From positions 92,662 through 156,661 of the forward strand of contig JAQURC010000004.1 of NCBI GenBank assembly GCA_028715785.1: a DNA stretch of 64,000 nt, written 5' to 3'. A program made the translations under genes and the position numbers. The stretch's first letter is position 1, and each line of letters begins with the position of its first letter. The notes beneath the pieces were generated by a model. It did no database searches, had not been told where the DNA came from, and saw only the letters and a program-made list of their open reading frames with translations. Origin of the DNA: Candidatus Omnitrophota bacterium. Lineage in GTDB: Bacteria > Omnitrophota > Gorgyraeia > Gygaellales > Profunditerraquicolaceae. Below are positions 58,001 through 64,000 of the stretch, piece by piece.

Positions 58001-61000
58001 CGAAGAATCGGTAAAAGTCTCTCCGATTTCGGTTCTTGCCAATTTCAAATCCTCTAAAACATTCTTCTCGGCCACTCCTTTTTACGCGGAAACTATGTCT
58101 GACCTTTTAGGGGTAAGGTATCAAGGTAACGCGGCGAAGTTTATGGCTAAAGTTAAATTTGATTTAGAAGGAAAGATAGGTAAGGAAAAAGTTGGAATAG
58201 GTGATTATGGAGAAATGATTAAAGACGGCAAGTTTAAATTAGGTGCTGATAGGCCGAATATTATCCTGCCGGCTTTACTGGCGCATATTCCTGATTTTCT
58301 GAATAAAGTTTTTGAGGCTGCCGGCGGCAGAGAGGTTTTCTATATTGAAGCCGATGGAACTGTTTCTAAAATAGGACAAGATGGCCAGAGAATCGGAAAA
58401 TTGGAATCGAAATTGGATTCCTCGGGTAAGATTATTAAAATTAAACCCTTGGAACGGCTTGAAAAGAGAGTAAATGGAGAGGATAAGGATGAAGGTGATA
58501 GGAATATAGTTGTAGTATTCAGTCCTTCCAAATTAACCAGTTTCAGTTTTGAGGTCAAGAAAGCCGAACTCGGACAAAAAGAAGCTCAGTATACACTTAT
58601 TATTGATAAGGATACTTCAGCTACTGATTACTGGCAGGCTTTGAGAAGGAATAGGCAGAATCTGGAAGATTTCAATGTTATTTTCAATGGCCGGGCTGGT
58701 GAGCCGTTAGAGTCCATCTGGGAAAATTTAGTAAAAACCGAAAATTTAAAAAAGAATGACGCTTTGGTTAAAGCTATAACCGAAACCCATCAGGATGCCA
58801 TGGCTGGCCGGTTTGTTAGGTTCGCGGAGGTTTTTCCGGAAAAGGCTGACCTGGCTTACCAGTTGCTTAAGGCTTTTCAGAGTAAACACGCAAAAGACGC
58901 CGATATTACTCCGGATAAGATACGCTCTAATGCTTATCGGCAGATTATTAGCGGCTTCAACAGTGACATTACATTCTTTGATGATGTAATCAAAGATTTT
59001 TCCCCCCTGTTTCTTTCCAAGAGAATAACTGAAAGCAATGGAAAAACTGAGCATACTTTAAAATTTAAATTAACTTCCGCGGAAAAGAGATTTTTCGAAG
59101 ACTATCTTAAACAAGACAAGATCTTCAGAGACAGGAATGGCTTGGATTCAAGTAGAAGCACGGGGGTTGATAAAGCCAAGGTAAAATCCGAGTTAGAAGC
59201 TATAGCCAGGTTTAAAGGCATACCTAATCTTGAGGCCGCTCGGTTTAGGGATTATTTGGCCCAAAGATATTCAACCAAAGAATTAATAAGGAAAAAAGTT
59301 TCTTCCCCGGAATCCAAAGAGGCTATTGTAGTGGCACAACAGAAAATTCAAGATGCGCTGGAAACTAAAAATGGAAAAACTCCCAAAGAATTAGCCGCCG
59401 ATATAAGACAAGATTTAATCGAACGTGGTTACACTGAATCAGCGGTTGCCGGAGTCTTAAGCCAGATGTATCCTTCCTTGAAAGAGAGCAATTGGCTAGC
59501 AAGGCGAGGGATAAATGCCAACTATATTTGGCAAGGCGTATTAGGATTTGGGCAGGCATTCTTGTTTATCAATAATCAGGAAAATAAAGAGAAAGATTGG
59601 TTTACAAAACTTATAGAAAAATTAAACTTTTCCTTGGGTTATGGCAAGGCAATTGGCACTATTCAGTCTTTTAGCGGTGAGTTTGAACCCGAATTTAAGG
59701 AGTTTTTATCAAAATACTATGAAACTGATGGCGCAAAGGGAAATATGCGGACAGCGTTAAGGTCATCTTTAGATAAGATGATTGCCGCATCAGTAAGGGG
59801 CGTGTGGGAGTCGAGAAAAAATTTAGAATTCTACAAATATATGAAGGATATAGCGGAAAAAAACATCCCAAAAGACGAAATAAGCAGGCTCGATAAATTA
59901 TTGAATCACCAAATAGCCAGGACAAATGAATTGAATGTTTTGAAAGCAAGATTGGGGAGGCCCAATGATCTAGATGAGTTGCAAGTGGCTTTATGGGCGC
60001 AAAAATTTGTAAGCCCTTCAGAAGAAAAATCCAGGATAATGGGTAAAATAATGAAAGCGCTGGGGATGGAAGAAAAGTTAAAGGATATAGTTAGCTTGGT
60101 TAAGGACAATATTCTTAAGGAAGCAAACGGAAAAATAAATGACGCTGGTAAAAAAATCCCCGAGTTGATAATTGTTTTCGGTGACGCCAATAAAAAAGCT
60201 ATTGAGGATACTGTAAAAGCGCAGAATAAATATTATGAAGATGAGGAAATAAATAAAGTGCAAATTCCAGTATATCTTGATGAATCGGTGAAAAACAACC
60301 TAATAAGTTCTTTAGGGATATTCTACAATCAAGATGATCCCTCCTTAGGAGCATCGAGCAGATATTACTCCACGGAGTTCCTGATGGAGTATTTGGTTAA
60401 ACCTTTACAAGAAAAAATTTCTCTCGATAAAAAAACTCAAGTATTTGTTGTGCCGGTAGGTAGAATACCTTTATCTGCCAGGGAACACGGAATTGTTACC
60501 AATATCTTAGGGGAAGGTTCGGCGCAGGCCAAAGGCGCTTTCATCAGCACCCATCCTTATACTACAGGCTGGATGGGCGGTTTTATATCAACTATCGGGA
60601 AAATATCCTGGGATTTATTTGGGACAGGATTTAAAACTTCATTGCAGAGAGTAATGAACCATGAATTAGGGCACGTTCACGGATTAGGCCACGATGCGAA
60701 AGCAGCATATTCTGTGATGTCTTCCTCTGAGAAAGAAGATGGCTCATTCTGGTCTTGGAAATGGCACTTCTGGAGAAAAGATAATACTTATCGGAAAGAG
60801 CATCTCGATGCAGTCAAAAATGATATAAAAGAAAAGGGAACAGATGTCTCTAGGGGCGTGGCTACTCCTGCCAATGAGCCAGGCACAGGTACTGCGGCTG
60901 AAGATGAAGATAAACGCGACGGCGGCATGGTTAGGGGCGGGCAGGCAAATGTATTTATAAATGGTGAAAACGTAAATAAACAAATTTTTGATAGAGAGGC

Positions 61001-64000
61001 TGTTGATTCTTATCAGCTGGCTATAGAAAGATTAGGAGAAACGTCATTAGGTATTAACGCATTTAATAAATATGGAAATGGGACAGCTTCGGTCAATCAG
61101 AATTTTGCCACGCCATTGTATGATCATTTAGCTAAGCTGGTAAGCGAGAATAAAATAGCCGAGGCTAAACAGGCCATAAATAATTTGGTCGGGTTTATTT
61201 ACAGGCAATGGGGCGGGGGGATTATCGACACCGACCATAAGTATTTACTGGATTATGGAGTGGATGGGAATGGCGAAATAATTTGGCTTGACCCGGGCAA
61301 AGCTTCTTCCAGAAAGACAGATTTTGTGATTGACTCGTATCGGGAGAGCGGAGACATTAAAGGTTCTTTACTTGGATTAAGCCAGGAATTATATAATTAT
61401 TATATAGGATTGACGGCTAATTTTGCTGATGAATTCCAGAAACGTTGGCCTGAAGGATCTCCGGCTGATACGGATTACATATTTGATGGCGGCAAAGGGA
61501 CGGCGGATGGCGGGATGGTGGAAACTGTGGCCAAATTGATTGCCGAATACAGAATAGCATTACCGCTTGACGAAGCCATAGCGAAAGTAAGAGAATTGGG
61601 TTATTCTGAAGAATTAATAACTAAGGCAATCGGTTACAATATTGGATTAGGAAGCGGGTCTTCTAACAATCCTTTGGATCGCGGCGGTAATAAGCAAGAC
61701 AAGACAGGGCAGTGGCCGGCATCTCCGGTGCTTCCGTTGGCTCCAGCAAGTGTGTCAGGCATTAATGTTGTTAGCCATAGCGGGGTTGCAGGCAGCTCTA
61801 ATCAGGCCTTAGTTGATAGTAACAGGCCATTATTACCTAATAATGATGGCGGTGCTAAGTTTATTCCTATTATAAAACTTAAACTTAATGGTATATTGAC
61901 TAGTTTTACTAGTGGTTTGGCTCCGCCCGCGGCCCTCACCAAAACTTTTATCTCAAATGTAGCAAGTAGTGTAGCAAATGCAGTAAGAAGCGCAGTTGAA
62001 TTAGCTGAGAAACTCTCAGGTGCCCAGAGTGCAAACTCCGGAAACGGAGAAAAAGGGCAGGATGCGGAAGGTGCGTCCGGCAATAATATAGGTAAGAGAA
62101 GCATAGCTGTGAAAGCAAGTTCAATAAGAACCGAAGGTGCGGCAGAAATTGCCAAAATCCGAGGTTCTCTTCGTGCGTTTGACTTCCTCAAGTTCAAAAA
62201 TTCGTTAATTCCCGCATTAAATCAATTTATTAATAAATTATCAGGGGTCAGCTCCTGGCTGTCCTCAAAGACAGTTCTGGCCTACAGGAGCACCCTTGAT
62301 TTAAATAATGCTGAAGCCATTCCTTCTTTACGCGATGGGGGGAATGTAGAGATTGGTAAAATTGTTAGAGAGATTGGTATTTTAGTTGAACACGAGGTGG
62401 ATGAGCTTAAGCGTAATCGAAAGAATGGTGAAACTATCGCAGGAAGATATCCCGGAGAGAAGAATAGGGGCACAAGAGATGCTATAATTCGTAAAGCAGA
62501 GGATAATCTAAAGTTGATGCGTAAATGGGGTTTGAATAGGTCTTTGACTGCGGATGAAGTGGGTTTAGACCTTGATGATGATTTTAGCGCTAAGATGACA
62601 ATATATGGAGCCATCTCCGGGGTAAACGGCTCCAGAGAGAAAATTGGCGACAAGCAGCTGATTATGAAGCTAGATAAAATTATCGAAACTATAAAGCAGC
62701 TATCAGATGAAGATAAGGTAGAACTAATATTGGAAGTATTAAAGGGTATGCCATTGTTAGAAAGCGCAAAAATTATAAAACCCCTAGAGCAGCACTTAAA
62801 AGAAGGTTATCTCATGAGACTGTTGCCTGAGGACAGAGAAAAGTTAGAGAGGATTTTAGGAGAGCATCGGGATTATAATGGTAATGAGCAAATATTAAAA
62901 ATGCTTGAAGAAATCAAAAAAGGACAGGAAGAATTTGAAGTTAGGCTAGATAAAACTGAGGAAAAGATAGAAGATGTAAAACAAGAAGCAGGAGCAGCAA
63001 AACAAGAAGCAGGAGCAGCAAAACAAGAAGCAGGAGCAGCAAAACAAGAAGCAGGAGCAGCAAAACAAGAAGCAATGTTATTAGGTACAGAGATAACTAA
63101 AACTAAGGCAATGGCACTCGATGCACGTAGACATGCGGTAGGGACAGGAGATGATTGTTTAGTTGGTGCGGTCAAAGATCCAAATGTTAGAAAAGAAGCA
63201 GATAGAGAACTTCGTATAGAAGCCGGTGTTGATGAATCTGTTCCCTATGTGGTTAAGGATTTATATGCTGGTATGAAGATAATCAGGCAAGCTTATGATA
63301 AGTTTATTGAAAAATATAGGGCTGAAGGGAACTGGAAAAAGGTAGAAACTTTAAAACAGGAAAAATTGACCGTAGTGAAAGTAAAAGAAGGAAATAAAGC
63401 GATTGAACTGCTTTCAAAATATTCTGGAAGAATAAGCATAATAGTTCAAAAGTCCCAAGATCTACTGCATGTTTATCAGGTAACAGGTTATAATTCTGAG
63501 ACTGGAATGATTTCATACTCTGAGGATAATGGAGAGGGTCATACTGTTGGATATGGAGAGATTGCTTTGGATGAAATCACTAAGATCTACGGCGAATATG
63601 TGTTTGTTTTAGAGGAAGGAGTAGTTAATGGGGCAGGATTAAAAGCAAATGTATTAACTGAGAAAGAGCAGAAAGCAATTAAGAACGTTGGTGGAGCTGG
63701 TGTAGATGCTAGCAGTGTAAACAATGGCGTAACTGACAACACTAGTAATACGAATAATGGTAATGGTAGTATGGATAGCAGTGTAGGCTCAGTCGCAGAA
63801 AATAATGCAGGAAACACCAATGCAGGGTCTAATAATGCAGATGCAACAGGAGCAAATGCTCTGGCAAACACCGGTATTCAGGCAGCCGGTAATGACATGG
63901 GCCATGGCGGGTCAGCTGCTGGGGTTGCCGCTTCGTCCGCGGCTCCTGGCGACGCAACCGGGACAGTAAAAATAGGGGATGTGGAAGGTCTTTCTTCTGT
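52011..64000 (+). CDS. Giant multi-domain protein, 5' portion (at least 3996 codons, no stop before the window end): N-terminal TM anchor, C39-like cysteine-peptidase motif, long alpha/coiled-coil-rich body, metzincin HExxHxxGxxHD motif, Asn/Gly/Ala-rich C-terminal part
   Basis: Manual translation in the frame of ATG 52011 (preceded by an in-frame TAA) met no stop codon through 64000. The ORF track shows only short minus-strand ORFs here because no stop codon closes the + ORF. TM is AWIRAVAFVVIAVFLP. Cysteine-peptidase motif DNNCGINALNALFVQSGIKVTREELA. Metzincin motif VMNHELGHVHGLGHD at 60660-60695. Confidence 0.75.
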   Translation, partial: MNTKQPQTENSIEQPKSEFKSSFKAWIRAVAFVVIAVFLPEQAAQAMGYDPTTIWNHSYFVNQGKNGFLTYLVADNIKRSLDSLSYKQLNQVQLDKNLVIETAPLKESETIAKVSAPIKGDQSNFFGKIGNALQSGSVSIFRLLTSGLKKDSSPDQSLPTTRQGTASSQKPSLYLTGSVVKQINLWLKDPKTQVDNNCGINALNALFVQSGIKVTREELATRAIMVDFLSGNLREFKGELALSLFALQKTAASFGLKTALVKIPASALNQGDGSVFLTPNSGKIEPSPLFQVVPFITYLLSEHFVLVTRVTEDKVYYKEDKEEANMPKEIFLKGFTGNCLVLADSVSLRGSEATPVSLRGAAGDEAISFLSDQEALQISGKESLTDRYNSLKSYVSNTAKSTISTAKSYVSTARSTYTTASNVYNAVKSVTGISASSIVTRSSIPSNPLSAISVPVTTYNYLASPSTKGNLGKSYGAANTLQTDFALTVPKRAYDFTGWVDTVSGLNSNLGTKLYQSSSLVRSISDAYSGVKGRTESSLKQTYGIGTYNNFIKPSEEFIADNAIITVATLGAGSAAGLAGSTAARLGSVSRIAEPVISRLPQISRYTGSISRYLPNGVNRMLGSTEGSLNIASHIPNLERLSNTAKWAGTKISGGAKWLTKLTSPRLPQVRNAIRTEINIINNAQGLARTYRQVTFIPRMGWKATGYIGNFVNIRPLTTYGSLVGIGMYESYGKDIKRDPYRGEADLLWLGSTWHHFALNDKKSETFKTNLEQKGLTSDIYLFEEGRRKEEENPGLLGQLYAAPYHFGSGLIGFTKFVPSAADKVYSRGRNEGIKAGAQEAFSTGVGVGSFLADYYVATPYNIVSSTINYAFGSQIKGIKIGAFQELLSQNQTLKPWVSDGAVLAPEAKAKDYYPNFGFFIGSAPLMRGPIQKSMHDRSAIKPEKTSTGALSRTHKIIMEKSDATFNFLLVPVNAVAGPMFGALQYSKARGTNLLNGALIRSGFNPKEFGIRPEAKASFGDTVFVTPWKTQVAGGIIGLPLEIPGVKKRAQLYFLPGGILSPLAPDQMAPLRAIAKEYGADYNRLRKAGATPDRILKMQDGKIIPRGPATGIEVTPELKTIASYEKAVTGRLTDRDAKGGNWKAIRELSDAALIQKATENSGVKSQFAKLEISMRGLSGNSQLIKDYLGRVDSSIDVRKIAELDKAYSKIQARNEIFQPIDYALAKSGKEIINRQRDFELAGLKQSIEETKTAQIAEVKAGAEVKKAQWGYTINPTSGNLNKIAKSEVNLARISLPLEIARKINEGKKELNGVTQKIDEVEKQIRLNERNFLRKPDPENSQKRRELSAKKAELMADQTRLSSLVEVEGIKHQLVSLVIAGKFGTKDHNQAAEEFNMKADLSNGVEGILSSQLKHDMLRRFERIKTKGDSSSFNRAWNKINPNSEYNRAIKTLNAIKDIDISKIDGAIKDTKNEILKSAALNDNSRQELARKFYEDGITAETIKAKGFWENWHELGQGLSGINQERMNDGMQKLFKLEVLKLDQKELEGKTNLGFRIDFDEGKKLKADTDERKIFDTLRKLDEKENQGIKYEFQKSVGDLIKGWKWKETFKDQNKVTDSKNEVASILANHLSILKNPDSMNNPEFRGQDNSLKDSRGKTELGIFLALTTFKHSGREDLGLFATPNELERVYKRVLEDYLGGEKISIGEGIDGVKVTIGGADYTFIKITDKDIQSSYLADNLGKLNDIFKDKIILTDISTLQNLNMQKIVPSQGPVEKQLAKRLAEIIYDRAVIIDEIHQVSQSPYHIVGFDGKALAEFLKPAEYEKYVDVAEKIDRKFQELANLEEVTNNKGEPVTTVKGYGNLGDRLIKMEYVDEYKGLTTAGENEFKRLLGDKFVTQAENKDFSIERLLVNSFVRNLSMKEEQEGGFGLKKNESQEDEAHPVHFGKINEKMQWSTPEEAISRWVIGFRMKGVKTKDKDNNIIDIPVGEIISKIKISEESVKVSPISVLANFKSSKTFFSATPFYAETMSDLLGVRYQGNAAKFMAKVKFDLEGKIGKEKVGIGDYGEMIKDGKFKLGADRPNIILPALLAHIPDFLNKVFEAAGGREVFYIEADGTVSKIGQDGQRIGKLESKLDSSGKIIKIKPLERLEKRVNGEDKDEGDRNIVVVFSPSKLTSFSFEVKKAELGQKEAQYTLIIDKDTSATDYWQALRRNRQNLEDFNVIFNGRAGEPLESIWENLVKTENLKKNDALVKAITETHQDAMAGRFVRFAEVFPEKADLAYQLLKAFQSKHAKDADITPDKIRSNAYRQIISGFNSDITFFDDVIKDFSPLFLSKRITESNGKTEHTLKFKLTSAEKRFFEDYLKQDKIFRDRNGLDSSRSTGVDKAKVKSELEAIARFKGIPNLEAARFRDYLAQRYSTKELIRKKVSSPESKEAIVVAQQKIQDALETKNGKTPKELAADIRQDLIERGYTESAVAGVLSQMYPSLKESNWLARRGINANYIWQGVLGFGQAFLFINNQENKEKDWFTKLIEKLNFSLGYGKAIGTIQSFSGEFEPEFKEFLSKYYETDGAKGNMRTALRSSLDKMIAASVRGVWESRKNLEFYKYMKDIAEKNIPKDEISRLDKLLNHQIARTNELNVLKARLGRPNDLDELQVALWAQKFVSPSEEKSRIMGKIMKALGMEEKLKDIVSLVKDNILKEANGKINDAGKKIPELIIVFGDANKKAIEDTVKAQNKYYEDEEINKVQIPVYLDESVKNNLISSLGIFYNQDDPSLGASSRYYSTEFLMEYLVKPLQEKISLDKKTQVFVVPVGRIPLSAREHGIVTNILGEGSAQAKGAFISTHPYTTGWMGGFISTIGKISWDLFGTGFKTSLQRVMNHELGHVHGLGHDAKAAYSVMSSSEKEDGSFWSWKWHFWRKDNTYRKEHLDAVKNDIKEKGTDVSRGVATPANEPGTGTAAEDEDKRDGGMVRGGQANVFINGENVNKQIFDREAVDSYQLAIERLGETSLGINAFNKYGNGTASVNQNFATPLYDHLAKLVSENKIAEAKQAINNLVGFIYRQWGGGIIDTDHKYLLDYGVDGNGEIIWLDPGKASSRKTDFVIDSYRESGDIKGSLLGLSQELYNYYIGLTANFADEFQKRWPEGSPADTDYIFDGGKGTADGGMVETVAKLIAEYRIALPLDEAIAKVRELGYSEELITKAIGYNIGLGSGSSNNPLDRGGNKQDKTGQWPASPVLPLAPASVSGINVVSHSGVAGSSNQALVDSNRPLLPNNDGGAKFIPIIKLKLNGILTSFTSGLAPPAALTKTFISNVASSVANAVRSAVELAEKLSGAQSANSGNGEKGQDAEGASGNNIGKRSIAVKASSIRTEGAAEIAKIRGSLRAFDFLKFKNSLIPALNQFINKLSGVSSWLSSKTVLAYRSTLDLNNAEAIPSLRDGGNVEIGKIVREIGILVEHEVDELKRNRKNGETIAGRYPGEKNRGTRDAIIRKAEDNLKLMRKWGLNRSLTADEVGLDLDDDFSAKMTIYGAISGVNGSREKIGDKQLIMKLDKIIETIKQLSDEDKVELILEVLKGMPLLESAKIIKPLEQHLKEGYLMRLLPEDREKLERILGEHRDYNGNEQILKMLEEIKKGQEEFEVRLDKTEEKIEDVKQEAGAAKQEAGAAKQEAGAAKQEAGAAKQEAMLLGTEITKTKAMALDARRHAVGTGDDCLVGAVKDPNVRKEADRELRIEAGVDESVPYVVKDLYAGMKIIRQAYDKFIEKYRAEGNWKKVETLKQEKLTVVKVKEGNKAIELLSKYSGRISIIVQKSQDLLHVYQVTGYNSETGMISYSEDNGEGHTVGYGEIALDEITKIYGEYVFVLEEGVVNGAGLKANVLTEKEQKAIKNVGGAGVDASSVNNGVTDNTSNTNNGNGSMDSSVGSVAENNAGNTNAGSNNADATGANALANTGIQAAGNDMGHGGSAAGVAASSAAPGDATGTVKIGDVEGLSS
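52821..52873 (+). repeat. Second copy of the GGGGACGGTTCT(G/A)TTTTTCT…AGAAAAATAGAACCGTCCCC hairpin element, located in-frame inside the giant ORF
   Basis: GGGGACGGTTCTGTTTTTCT-aacaccaaactc-AGGAAAAATAGAACCGTCCCC encodes …GDGSVFLTPNSGKIEPSP…. Confidence 0.7.
53045..53113 (+). repeat. Palindromic repeat family member C (two tandem GTGTCATTGCGAGG arms + GAAGCAATCTCG core), in-frame inside the giant ORF
   Basis: About 85% identical to 51617-51690. Encodes …SVSLRGSEATPVSLRGAAGDEAISF…. Confidence 0.65.
62977..63075 (+). repeat. 21-bp in-frame tandem repeat (about 4.5 copies) encoding (KQEAGAA)n
   Basis: aaacaagaagcaggagcagca repeated head to tail. Confidence 0.8.

Noticed and set aside
52529-63871. 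About 25 short minus-strand ORFs (60-131 aa) listed by the ORF track across 52-64 kb
   Set aside because: They are antisense to the single uninterrupted + strand giant ORF. They are low-complexity, Ser/Leu/Phe-rich translations with no start or SD context.

Overview
This window is a gene-dense, moderate-GC bacterial chromosome segment that is almost entirely + strand for the first 24 kb. The gene content and the presence of a very large open reading frame are consistent with a candidate-phylum lineage such as Omnitrophota, but that is an inference only.

The first 24 kb is a housekeeping block. It carries iscU, a 5-formyltetrahydrofolate cyclo-ligase, rny, a ymdB-like phosphoesterase, a secreted clan GH-A-like protein, xseA, xseB, dxs and gltX. 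It also carries two separate 2-oxoacid:ferredoxin oxidoreductase gene sets, a class A beta-lactamase-fold hydrolase, a P-type ATPase, and a glycan cluster (O-antigen-ligase-like, FAD oxidoreductase, two GT2 genes). Three tRNAs are present: Gln-CTG, Leu-GAG and Glu-CTC.

A minus-strand FIST / histidine kinase / REC-GGDEF (GGDDF variant) signalling operon sits between tRNA-Leu and tRNA-Glu.

From 30.8 to 49.5 kb there is a complete, atypical Tad/Flp pilus locus. It comprises a parvulin PPIase, CpaB, a secretin fused to a TonB C-terminal domain, a fused TadZ-TadA ATPase, a Cys-rich TadG-like protein, a PIG-L / GH3 / PIG-L tri-domain enzyme whose start appears frameshifted at a T9 tract, a TPR protein, a DUF192 protein, eleven tandem Flp/TadE-like pilin genes with highly variable C-terminal extensions, TadB and TadC. 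No prepilin peptidase was seen.

Downstream there is a small repeat-rich island. It holds two paralogous ORF6N-domain genes flanking a Phd/RelE toxin-antitoxin pair, together with short palindromic repeat families.

The last 12 kb (52011 to the window end) is a single uninterrupted + strand ORF of at least 3996 codons, truncated by the window. The ORF track does not list it because it has no stop codon in the window. It carries an N-terminal TM segment, a C39-like cysteine-peptidase motif, an HELGHVHGLGHD metzincin motif, in-frame copies of two palindromic repeat families, and a 21-bp tandem repeat.
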